Shown one piece after another: positions 11,345 through 22,025 of a DNA stretch of 64,000 nucleotides. A program made the position numbers and the translations under genes. The notes beneath the pieces were generated by a model. That model worked only from the letters and a program-made list of their open reading frames with translations, made no database searches and was not told where the DNA came from. Position 1 is the first letter of the stretch. The number at the start of each line of letters is the position of its first letter. The stretch is from an uncultured Bacteroidales bacterium. GTDB taxonomy: Bacteria; Bacteroidota; Bacteroidia; Bacteroidales; JAGOPY01. The stretch is taken from the NCBI GenBank assembly GCA_963823285.1, contig CAWGKX010000008.1, positions 19,166-83,165 of the forward strand. Direction: 5' to 3'.

Positions 11345-12897
11345 TGGAAAGGTTAAGAAAGGGGGCCTTCCAGATGATTATTTTCTTAAGTGGATTTCTG
11401 TTTACATGCAATTTCATTCATGCCCAGAATTGGCCTAAGATTTATGGTGATAATTTTGATGGATTGATAAAAGATATCAGTGAAGCTTATGACAGAGGAT
11501 ATTATTTAACAGCATTTACATACAGCAATCAGGGAGTTAACAAATATGGCTGGATTATTAAGACAGACATTAATGGAAATATCCTTTGGGATAAAAAATA
11601 TGGGGATGGAAATGATAGAAATTGGTTTTCAGATTCTTATGTAACGTCTGATAAAGGATTGATTATTTCTGGGATTACAACTAAATACAGTCAAGGTGAT
11701 TTTGATCCTACTTTCATCAAATTGGACGTTTGTGGAGAGATTGAGTGGTGTAAAGTATTTCAATCTCCTGATCAAAATTACGGGACTGGCATAATTCAAC
11801 TTTCTGATGGATCTTATATTGGAATGCTTCAGTATTATGGTGAAGGAGAAACCTATGCAAGGATCAACTTGGTTAAGATGGACCAGACCGGGGAACCTTT
11901 ATGGATTCAGAAACAATCACAGGAAGACACCTTGATTTATAATGAAGAAGGCGCAAATATAATCCTCACTTCATCTGGAAACTATTTAATTTCAGGAAGT
12001 TGTAATCATCCGGGTTGGAGGCCATATTTTATTTTAACGGATACTTTAGGATTGCAGAAATGGGGTATTATCTGGAGCTCAGCATATGGACATGTTTTTC
12101 AAACGATTGAACATCAACCGGGAATTTATTATAGCATCGGATTTAATATTCCACCTGGACAAAATAACTTACCTGCAATATATAAGTTTGATGAGAATGG
12201 AAATCAGCTTGATGATTATTTAATTCTTGGGGATACTACTTATCAGGGAGGAGGAGGCTCTATAATTAATATAAATGATACTGCGCTATTAACAGGTTTG
12301 GTTTGGAGCAGCACTAATAATAACGAGGTTTTTAAAAGTGAAGTTGTCTTAATTGACACGCTTGGAGACTTATTAAACAGGAGGCAATTATTATTGGAAG
12401 ATCACGCGCCTACAAGCATGTTTCTAACTTCTGATCAAAAAATTCTTGTAGCGGGAAATTACGTTGTTAACTATTACTGGGACATCTACCTCTGGAAAAT
12501 GAATGCCAACCTGGAAGACGACACCATCTACACCCAACCGCTCACTTATGACAGCCTTTGCCCGTTTGAAATTCAATCGGACACGGCAGAACTGGACTGC
12601 GGGGTATTCGTGAATATAAATGAATTGCCCACAAAAGAGGAATACGAATCCACAATAAAAATATCGCCTAATCCGGCCAGGGATTGGATCATGCTGACAT
12701 TGCCGTATAATGTTAAATCAGGCGTTGTCGAGCTGGCTATATATGACATTTTTGGGCAGGAGGTCTTAAAGAAAGAAGTCATTCTGCAAAACAGGGCTGT
12801 TTCTTTAAATATTTCAAAAATATCACCCGGGCTTTATCTGGTTACCTGCAAAGATTCGAAAAAGAGGATTTTGAAAGGGAAGTTTGTTGTGCTTTAA
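11341..12897 (+). CDS. Secreted beta-propeller-like repeat protein with T9SS CTD
   Basis: Signal peptide, repeated KxDxxGxxxW motifs, ISPNPA CTD. Confidence 0.75.
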   Translation: MMERLRKGAFQMIIFLSGFLFTCNFIHAQNWPKIYGDNFDGLIKDISEAYDRGYYLTAFTYSNQGVNKYGWIIKTDINGNILWDKKYGDGNDRNWFSDSYVTSDKGLIISGITTKYSQGDFDPTFIKLDVCGEIEWCKVFQSPDQNYGTGIIQLSDGSYIGMLQYYGEGETYARINLVKMDQTGEPLWIQKQSQEDTLIYNEEGANIILTSSGNYLISGSCNHPGWRPYFILTDTLGLQKWGIIWSSAYGHVFQTIEHQPGIYYSIGFNIPPGQNNLPAIYKFDENGNQLDDYLILGDTTYQGGGGSIININDTALLTGLVWSSTNNNEVFKSEVVLIDTLGDLLNRRQLLLEDHAPTSMFLTSDQKILVAGNYVVNYYWDIYLWKMNANLEDDTIYTQPLTYDSLCPFEIQSDTAELDCGVFVNINELPTKEEYESTIKISPNPARDWIMLTLPYNVKSGVVELAIYDIFGQEVLKKEVILQNRAVSLNISKISPGLYLVTCKDSKKRILKGKFVVL

Positions 12898-13144
12898 TTG
12901 CTATTATCAACTGTCCCAAATCATGAACGACTGAACATTGAGCATTTTCCTTTATTTTCAATGCACAATGCACAATTGGAAATGGGAAAAGTTCCTTTAT
13001 GCATTTCCCATCATGCATTACACATTTTCCTTTATTTAAAATCTCCCTAAATAATCAGTCCCGATAAATATCTTATAATTTATCGCTAATTTTAGCGTCT
13101 GAAAATCCCAACTTTCAATCTACCAATAAACTACATAACCAGAA

Positions 13145-16100
13145 ATGAAGAATTCTTCTACTTTTTCCAGAACCATCACGATGCTGATGATCGCCGGGCT
13201 GTTTTCAATTCAACTCGTGCAGGCTCAAAAGATTTTATATTCCGACCATTTAAATAAAGCAGGGTTCACGCTGAAAGAGCAAACCCGCGGCGGCGTTTCA
13301 ATCGGTTATTCCGTTGCTTCTTTTACACTGGCGCCGGCAGATATCAATGGCAAGGGAATGACCAGCATTGAACTACCCGGCAACTGGCTGCCAAATGACG
13401 AAGGCGCACCGAACCTGCCCGGAGGAGGAAAATACATTGCCATACCGCAGGGAGCAGTGCCCGTTTTAACCATCGTTTCACAGCGTACGGAAACCTATAA
13501 AAATATCGATGTCGCACCTGCGCCCAGGATTCCCCTGGACACCGACAAAGGTCCGCTGGTATATCCGACCAGGGCCGATATTTATAACCGCGATGCATTT
13601 TACCCCGCCTCGCCGGTAACGCTTTCCGAACCTACGGATATTCGCGGAGTAGACGTTGTCATGGTCGGAATTACTCCTTTCCAGTATAACCCTCTTACTA
13701 AAGAGCTTATCGTTTACCGCGACCTGGATATCCGGATCGAATTCCGCGGAGGAAACGGGCAGATCGGCGACGAACGCCTTCGCAGCCGTTTCTGGGATCC
13801 CATCCTGGAAGATGCAGTATTTAATTATCAATCGGTCCCAAAAATCGATTACGGTAAAAAAGCTATTGAAAAACGCAGCAACGACGGTTGCGAATATCTC
13901 ATCATCGTCCCCAACGGGGCGGATTACATGACCTGGGCAAACCAGATCAAATCCTTCCGCATCAAACAGGGAGTCACCACTGAAATCAGGACCCTTGCCG
14001 ATATCGGCGGCAACAGTGCATCTATCATCGAAAACTATATAAACAACGTTTATAATACCTGGGACCCTGTTCCGGCAGCCATCCTGATCATGGGCGACTA
14101 CGGCACCAACCAGGAAAACAATATCATCTCCCCTATCTGGGATGACTACTGCGCTTCCGATAATATTTACGGCGATGTCGACAACGACGATATGCCGGAG
14201 ATCGTTATGGCGCGCATGGTTGCCAATAATAATACAGAACTGGAAACATTTGTCACCAAGTTCATCAATTACGAAACCAATCCCCCGACCGACCCCGGTT
14301 TTTATGACCATCCCATCACTGCTCTGGGATGGCAGACAGTGAGGTGGTTCCAGATTTGCTCGGAAACGGTCGGAGGTTACTTCAGGAAAGTGCAGGGAAA
14401 GAACCCTGTCAGGATCAATGAAGTTTACGAAGGCAATCCAAATTCTGATCCCTGGTCGACAGCTACAAATACCCAAACCGTCATTGATGAATTCGGCCCA
14501 AACGGCCTGGGCTATATCCCGGCGACACCCCAGGAATTAGGCGGCTGGTCGGGAGGCGACGCGTCAGATATCAACATTGCCATCAACAGCGGGGCATTCA
14601 TGATGCAGCACCGTGATCACGGGTATGAAACCGGTTGGGGAGAGCCCGCTTACTCAAACAGCAATATCGGCGGTCTGACCAATACCGATCTTACCTTCGT
14701 GTTTTCGCTGAACTGCCTGACCGGAAAATACAACTGGTCCGGCGAGTGCTTTTCCGAAAAATTTCACCGGTACAGGTACAATAATGTCAATAGCGGAGCC
14801 CTCGGACTCACTTGCGCTTCCGAAACGAGTTACTCTTTCGTAAATGACACCTATGCCTGGGGATTATACGACAACATGTGGCCGGATTTCATGCCGGAAT
14901 ACGGCTCTACACCGCCTGAAAGAGGCCTCCTGCCCGCATTTGCCAATGCAGCAGGCAAGTATTTCCTTCAGCAATCAGGCTGGCCTTACAACACCGGGAA
15001 TAAAGAAGTGACCTACAATCTGTTCCATCATTTTGGGGATGCTTTCCAGACCCTTTATTCAGAGGTTCCCCAGGATCTCACCATAGTCCAGGATGGTATA
15101 ATCCTGGCAGGGTTGACTGAATTCGATATCACTGCCAATGAAGGTTCTATTATCTGCCTTACCGTCGATGACGTGATTATCGGCCTGGCAACAGGGACCG
15201 GCAGCCCGCAGGTGATCACCATAACCCCGCAATCCGTAGGGACTACGGTACTCCTGACTGTCACCAAAACCAATTATTACAGATACGAAATGCCACTGGC
15301 GGTCATTCCGCCGGAAGGCGCTTATTGTCTTTATGATACTTATACCATTGATGATGAAGCAGGCGGCAACGGTAACGGTCTTGTTGATTACAATGAAACC
15401 GTAGGGCTTAATCTCGCCATAAAAAATGTCGGCATGACAGATGGCGACAGCGTAACAGTTACCATTTCCACTGACGACCCGTTCGTTACACTGATCGATA
15501 CTACCGAATCTTATGGCACGATTCCCGCAGGGCAGTCTGTCACTGTTGAAAATGGTTTCTCTTTCCATGCGGCTGAAAATGTCCCTGACCAGCACGAGGC
15601 GGCCTTTGATGTAGAGGCGACAAGCGGAACGGACAGATGGACCAGCGTTTTCATGTTGAAAATGAATGCGCCGAACCTCTGCATCAACACTTTGACCATC
15701 AATGACCAGGCTAACGGCGATGGCGATGGAATGCTTGACCCGGGCGAACAGGTCACCATGAGCATTAACTACAGCAATAACGGGCATGCTACGGCTTATA
15801 ATGTTGACGTTTACCTGGAAGGTCAATCCGGCTTTATTGATATTCTTAATCCGGAACAGAATTTCAGTTCTATCGGTTTCCTCGGCGTATTTAATAAAGT
15901 CTTTGATGTGACCGTGGATTCAATTACCCCTGAGGGTATTATGATCGATTTTCAGAATGAACTGACGATGGGGAATTTCTTCATGGATAAGACATACAGT
16001 GAAAAAGTCAGTCCGATGATCGAAGATTTCGAGACCGGCGGTTTTGATAAATACAACTGGCAGTTTGGCGGCAATCTCCCCTGGCAGGCAAGTATGCAAT

Positions 16101-17239
16101 ATCCTTACGAGGGTCTTTACAGCGCCACCTCCGGGGCGATCGGGGCGAACCAGACCTCGGAGATGAAAATTTCATATGAAGTGCTGCTGGATGACAGTAT
16201 CACTTTCATCCGTAAAGTGTCCTCGGAAACGGGTGATAAGCTGAAGTTCTATATCGGAAGCACTCTTGTGGGCGATTGGTCGGGTACCGGTGAAGGATGG
16301 AGAAAGGAATCGTTTGCGGTCACCCCGGGGCAAAAGACCTTCCGCTGGGTATATGCCAAGAACGGGACTATTGACGGTGGGACGGATAAAGCATGGCTGG
16401 ATAATATCCATCTGCCTTCACCTGTGGCCCTTACTATATGGGCAGGACCCGATGCAAGGGTATGTTCCGGCGAATCCTTCCAGATTTCGGAATCATACGG
16501 AACAGAATATATAACCATCAACTGGACCACTGACGGCACAGGCAGCTTTGATGACAATACCCAGATGCAACCTGTCTATACGCCGGGAGCGGAGGATATT
16601 TCCACCGGAAGCGTCCAATTGACCCTTACCTTAACCGGCAGCGAAGGCAGCACCGTAACTGATGAATTTATCCTCGTCATCAATTCTGGCCCGGAAGCGC
16701 CACCGGCGGCAGAGGGACCGGATTATGTCGATTTATTTATTACTGCCTCTTCTGATTACAGTACTACCGGGATTCCCGGTATCAGCGATTATACCTGGTA
16801 TCTTGAACCGACTGAGGCCGGAACAATCGAGGGCACGGGGATGACCTCGGCGGTGACCTGGAACCCTGACTTCTCAGGCATGGCCTTCATCAGCGTTTCG
16901 GCTACCGATAATTGCGGTGAAGGGGATGTTTCCTCCCCGCTGGAAGTCACGGTTGAAAATACGGTTGGCACAGGAGATTCAGAAAGCCGTGGCATCGGGG
17001 TTAACGTTTATCCGAACCCTGGTCATGGCTTGTTCAATCTTCATATTGAGACCGGTCAGCAAGGTTTGCAACGACTCAAAGTGACGAACATGCTTGGAGA
17101 CCTGATCTTTGGCGAAATGATCTATATCAATAAAGCCAGGGACTATAATTTGAACCTTGAAATGTTGCCTGATGGAATTTATTTCCTGGAAGTTGGAAAC
17201 AATGAGCAAATTTTAGTGAGAAAACTAATAAAGAAATAG
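13145..17239 (+). CDS. C25 cysteine peptidase, paralog of 3163-7713, T9SS CTD
   Basis: GAPNLP, HRDHG and SLNCLTG motifs; long stretches shared with 3163-7713 (e.g. ALGWQT.RWFQICSE); VYPNPG CTD. Confidence 0.9.
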   Translation: MKNSSTFSRTITMLMIAGLFSIQLVQAQKILYSDHLNKAGFTLKEQTRGGVSIGYSVASFTLAPADINGKGMTSIELPGNWLPNDEGAPNLPGGGKYIAIPQGAVPVLTIVSQRTETYKNIDVAPAPRIPLDTDKGPLVYPTRADIYNRDAFYPASPVTLSEPTDIRGVDVVMVGITPFQYNPLTKELIVYRDLDIRIEFRGGNGQIGDERLRSRFWDPILEDAVFNYQSVPKIDYGKKAIEKRSNDGCEYLIIVPNGADYMTWANQIKSFRIKQGVTTEIRTLADIGGNSASIIENYINNVYNTWDPVPAAILIMGDYGTNQENNIISPIWDDYCASDNIYGDVDNDDMPEIVMARMVANNNTELETFVTKFINYETNPPTDPGFYDHPITALGWQTVRWFQICSETVGGYFRKVQGKNPVRINEVYEGNPNSDPWSTATNTQTVIDEFGPNGLGYIPATPQELGGWSGGDASDINIAINSGAFMMQHRDHGYETGWGEPAYSNSNIGGLTNTDLTFVFSLNCLTGKYNWSGECFSEKFHRYRYNNVNSGALGLTCASETSYSFVNDTYAWGLYDNMWPDFMPEYGSTPPERGLLPAFANAAGKYFLQQSGWPYNTGNKEVTYNLFHHFGDAFQTLYSEVPQDLTIVQDGIILAGLTEFDITANEGSIICLTVDDVIIGLATGTGSPQVITITPQSVGTTVLLTVTKTNYYRYEMPLAVIPPEGAYCLYDTYTIDDEAGGNGNGLVDYNETVGLNLAIKNVGMTDGDSVTVTISTDDPFVTLIDTTESYGTIPAGQSVTVENGFSFHAAENVPDQHEAAFDVEATSGTDRWTSVFMLKMNAPNLCINTLTINDQANGDGDGMLDPGEQVTMSINYSNNGHATAYNVDVYLEGQSGFIDILNPEQNFSSIGFLGVFNKVFDVTVDSITPEGIMIDFQNELTMGNFFMDKTYSEKVSPMIEDFETGGFDKYNWQFGGNLPWQASMQYPYEGLYSATSGAIGANQTSEMKISYEVLLDDSITFIRKVSSETGDKLKFYIGSTLVGDWSGTGEGWRKESFAVTPGQKTFRWVYAKNGTIDGGTDKAWLDNIHLPSPVALTIWAGPDARVCSGESFQISESYGTEYITINWTTDGTGSFDDNTQMQPVYTPGAEDISTGSVQLTLTLTGSEGSTVTDEFILVINSGPEAPPAAEGPDYVDLFITASSDYSTTGIPGISDYTWYLEPTEAGTIEGTGMTSAVTWNPDFSGMAFISVSATDNCGEGDVSSPLEVTVENTVGTGDSESRGIGVNVYPNPGHGLFNLHIETGQQGLQRLKVTNMLGDLIFGEMIYINKARDYNLNLEMLPDGIYFLEVGNNEQILVRKLIKK

Positions 17240-17397
17240 CAATTTCATTTTACGCTGAAGTGCTGAGGTGCGGAGTAGCAGATGTATTTTATATACCTTT
17301 GCACATATGCTCTGATTCATTTGCTCATGAAAACTATTACCGAACTCCGCAATCCGGCAGCCAGAAGCTTATCCGGAAAGTTATTATCCTACAGGCC

Positions 17398-19197
17398 GTG
17401 CTAAGATTTCTTCATATATTATTTTTACTTGTTGTTTGCATTTTTCCTTTAGCCGGTCAGAATATTGTAATTGATGCTTCCAGTCTGCCGGGCAAGTATT
17501 CATCCCGGTATTTGCCTGATATGGAAGGAAAAGTGGTGGTGGCAGAAGGCTTTTCCGATTACATTCTCTCATCATCAGGCCGGGACACGGCAACTGTTTT
17601 TCCCGGATGGCCCTTATCAAGGACCGGTTCCAATGAAAAGGGAGGCGTTTATGCAAACCTCGATGATGATCCCGAACTGGAACTGGTTTACCCGGCAGGA
17701 GCTGTTTTATATGCATTCAATATTGACGGCACCGATGTTCCCGGCTGGCCGCAGACCCTGGATTTCCCGCCTGACGGGGCGCCTGCTTTCGGTGACATTG
17801 ACGGGGACAGCATCGGTGAAATCGTCGTAACTACCCATCAGACCGGAACCTTTGCTTTCGGAACGATCTATGCTTTCAAAACAAATGGCACGAACGTTCC
17901 CGGGTTTCCTGTCGCCACGGAACAGGGAGGGGCTGTGCGGACTCCGGTCCTGGCCGACCTTGACTGGGATGGCGCGCTTGAGATCATCGTTGCCCTGAGA
18001 AACTGGCCTGAAGGCTTAATTTATATCTTTAAGGGCGACGGGACGATTTTACCCAACTGGCCGCAGAAAATGGATTATATCCCCGGTTCAGCAGTCGCCG
18101 TGGGTGATATCAACGGGGATAATATTCCTGAGATCGTCGCGGAATCATATTACAGCCTCCAGGTATATCATATCGATGGCACCATCCTGGAAGGATTCCC
18201 TTACTACCCCGGTTTAAACAGGGTGTTCTCTTACTCCACTCCGGTTTTAGCCGACCTTGACGGAGATGGTAACCGCGAGATCATCTGCGGCGACCATTCC
18301 ATTGATGACGGAACAGGCGCTATCCATATCGTCAATTCTGATGGCACCCCATGGGAAGGCTGGCCCAAAATAACCACAAGCTGGGTGTACGGGCCTCCTT
18401 CCATCGGCGATATCAATAACGACGGGCTCCTTGACATAGCTGCCGGGGACGAGGCTTTATCCACCACCCCCATCAATAAAGTTTATGCATGGACCGCCCT
18501 GACAGGTGATCCCCTGCCGGGTTTTCCCATCAGGGATATTTTTGGCGTGAACACCCAGATCCTGCTGGCGGATATCGACGGGGATAATATGATCGACCTG
18601 ATGTTCGACGATAATACCTCTGTGGGAAAATATGCCGGGTACAAATATGACGGGACAGTAATGGAAGGCTGGCCGCTTCTGCTGAATGGCAGCACTTTCT
18701 TTATCAATCCTTTTGTAGTCGATATCAATTTCAGCGGGATGATGGCCATCTCCGGGGCAGGTTTTGACCTGGAAACCGGAAATATCAATATCTACTTATG
18801 GAATGCAAATGTGGAATTTAACAGCGACCTGGCCGTACTGCCGGTTCTCCAGTATAACACCCGCCATACAGGGGTTTATGGCGATACTTTCATGGTCGGA
18901 ACCCCTGAAATTCCTTCCGGAAATAAAGGAGGATGGAAAATCTATCCCAATCCGGCAACGACGTATATAACACTTAAACCTCCACTAATTTAAGGCGAAA
19001 TTCAATTCCAAAGGAAGATTTACAGGTCGAAATTTACCAGCCATCAGGAAAAATGGTTCAATACAAAAATTTCAGATTTTTCTGACAATCAAATCCGGAT
19101 AGATCTGACAGGATACTCCTCCGGAATATATTGGCTTAAGATAAGAAGCATTTCGACGGTGGAAGAAGTGATTAAATTTATCATTATCTCCGGGTAA
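17398..19197 (+). CDS. FG-GAP/VCBS-repeat protein with T9SS CTD (CTD frameshifted after ~18980; start uncertain)
   Basis: Repeated ADLDGDG/GDINGD and PGWP/PGFP motifs; IYPNPA, then ...IDLTGYSSGIYWLKI...KFIIISG* in a shifted frame; the ORF track starts at 17260. Confidence 0.75.
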
Positions 19198-19211
19198 TTA
19201 TTTTCAGCAAT

Positions 19212-19295
19212 AAAAAAATCCGCGTAAATCCGTGTGCCATCAAAATAAATAGCACACGGATTACACGGATTTTTGCGGATGACCGCGGATTTTTG
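19212..19295. repeat. Inverted ~9-mer repeat hairpin (ATCCGCG/ATCCGTG vs CACGGAT/CGCGGAT) between convergent genes
   Basis: Read directly; could act as a bidirectional terminator. Confidence 0.7.
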
Positions 19296-19301
19296 TTTTT
19301 C

Positions 19302-20645
19302 TTATGGCAGCTTGACGCCCGGGTAATTCGCTACAATCACCTGCGGGATATTGGCAGCATAAGCTTTATTGATCGCTTCGATAAAATAATAGGCGATCAC
19401 GGCGCTACCTGCCGGCGTAGGATTAAGACCATCCGTCGAAAAGAAATTACCGGTTACAAAAGTGGGAGTGAAATTGACATTTTCAAAAACAAGCCCTGCA
19501 TTGAGATTTTTCATGATTGTGTAAATATCCACCAGTCCAAGGCCCTGTTCTGTTGCAAAACCGCTGATCACTCCATTATATTCATCGGTAGCCTGCCTGA
19601 TATTGCCGATTTCTGTCGCATCAAGGATATATCTTGCAGGTATCGGATCCTGGCTTCCCCATCCGCCGCATTTCATCGAATCCTGCGGCGTCAAAGAGAA
19701 GCACAAGCTCATCGCTGTGGATCTGGCGAATCCCCCATGGCAGTCCTGCATCAAAGATGACGACCGGGTTCTGGCCGGCTGTGAAATGAATGGTGTCGGG
19801 TGACCCGGCGCCTTTGATGATCTGGTTCACATAGTAATAGCCAGCATTCAGCGCGTCGGCGGAAGCCTGGTCAAGGGCCAGCGCATTGTAGGGAATAGTA
19901 TGGAAGAAAGGTGCATCTGTAACATCAGGAATATTGGCGATCACTCCTTTGGCCCCGTTTCTTACCAGCGAATCCAAAGTCGCCATAAGGGATCCTGTAA
20001 ACGTTGTCGTCGGCGTGATCGGGTTGGCCGGATCGTTTCCGCCGCCTATCGCATAGCCAAGAATATCATAGCTTCCAAGCCAGAGGGTAAAAAATGTAGC
20101 ATTGACCAGGGGGATATCTGCGTTCACTGCGTTGGCGGGCGCTGAAGCAAATCTTTCGTAATAGGGATTCAAAGTTGCCATTCCGGGAACGCCCATATAG
20201 AAACTCTTCATCCCGGGTGTGGAAATGTTATTAAAGGGACCCCCGCATAAACCGAACCGAGATTAGCCATATTGACCTCTCCATTATTAGCATAGACCGG
20301 TCCCAGAGAGGTGGCCAGGGTGCAATCCGTAATATATCCCATTTCCAGCTTAGGCTCTGGTGATCCTGTTGCCAATCCTATCCCGTAATCGTCAAGCATT
20401 AGCGGCTGATTAAAGGTTCCGCCGCCGACAAAGCTAAACTGCCCTGCAAGGATGTTAGGATAAGAGTTTTGTTGTCCTGATAAATAAAGGGAGGCATCTG
20501 CAAATCCTGCAGTCCATGAATCACCGACTGCGACATACCTGGTGAAGTCGGCATTCCCTTTCGAAGGGGTAAACTCATCAATATTAGGCTCGCAAGCTGC
20601 AAGCAATATTAGTGGAACGATATAAAGTAAATTTATTTTTTTCAT
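19302..20645 (-). CDS. GDSL/SGNH lipase-family lipoprotein, split over three frames
   Basis: Lipobox LLAAC, VAVGDSWTAG, WLGSYDILGYA, STDGLNPT; ORF pieces 20208-20645, 19621-20211 and 19302-19754. Confidence 0.75.
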
Positions 20646-20663
20646 CTTACTGATAGTTAAAGG

Positions 20664-21879
20664 TTAAAAGCGATAGCTGATGCCTATCCCCGGAATGAAG
20701 GTCATAGTCTTGTAGGATCCCGCGAAATTAGCGGGTTCATAGGTTTTATCGGCTTCCAGCCCATGCAGTTCGAGGTATGAAAGGTCGATTTCAAGTCCCT
20801 TTACCGGTGTGATCGTAGCGCCGAGGGTATAAGCTATGGTGTTCAGCGTTATCGTTTCAGGAGTGAAGTATTTTTCATTAGCCGGGGAAGGATCGTAATA
20901 GACACCTGCCCTGAAAGTGAACATGTCGTTCAGCTTGTACTGACCTCCCAGGCGTGGGATCCAGCTGTCTTTATATTGCCTTGCATTTGTTGAGTTAAGT
21001 AATTCCGGGCTTTCGGTCAAATGCAAAATCAAGGGATTCATAGGTATTCCACATGACCCAGTTCACTTCGGCGGCAATAGTCAGCTTTTTATTGATCTCA
21101 TAAGCAAGGCCGAAGTCAAGATTTGCCGGCAAAGGCAGATCCGCGTTGAATTTGTTGGCGAGCGGAACTGAGTTTGAAAGAGCCGAGGGAACGGTAAAAG
21201 TGGCATCTCCGTCCTGGAGTTCCATCGTGATCTGAGAGCGGTAATCCACCCCTATGCTCAGCTTCTCGATGGGTTTGTAAAAAACGCCTGCATTGAAGCC
21301 ATAATTGACTTTGCTGCCGTTAAGATTGACCTTTGAATCGCCGCTGTATGGCAATGCCTTGTTCAGGTCCACACTTCCGATAGCAATGACAAAGCCTGCC
21401 CCTATCCCGAGTTTGCCTTTATAGTTATAAGCCAGCGTGGGTTGGATAAAGATGGCGCTGAGCTTAATATTCTTGACCAGGTAACGCCCTGCCCAGTCGT
21501 CGTTCCATTTGACAGAACTGCCGAAAGGAGTGTAAACGCCAACGCCGACCGCAATCTTGTCCTTAATTTTCATTGAAAAATAACCGTAAAATGGCGTCCC
21601 GAGGGGATTATCGGTACGAGCCTGGTAATTGGTGCCTTCCTGTTGAAAGATTCCCTTGCTCATGATACCGCTTGCACCGACTGAAATGCTGTATTTCCCG
21701 TCATAGAAAGCTAATGAACCGGGATTGTAAAATATGGAACTGGCATCGAAGGCAAAAGGCGTTCCGATGAGCCCGATGCCGGTCTGCTTTTGTCCCTGCA
21801 AACGAACCTGGTAGCCCCCGCCGATCATGGAGACAGACCATAGGCTTAATGCCAGGATTAGTACTAATTTGTTTTTCAT
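20664..21879 (-). CDS. FadL/OmpP1 outer-membrane fatty-acid transport protein (frameshift ~21000)
   Basis: DASSIFYNPG, GVYTPFG and C-terminal GISYRF beta-barrel signature; upstream of the GDSL lipase. Confidence 0.85.
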
Positions 21880-22025
21880 AAGTAGTTGTTTAGGTTAGAA
21901 AAAGGTGTGCAAGTTAAAAATTTATTCATTGCAAATGTTTTTTTTGTACGATGAGGGGGTCAGAAGTCAGTCGTCATGATAAAAATTATTCTACTTTTAT
22001 TTTTCAATTCTGAAGGAAGATTCTA

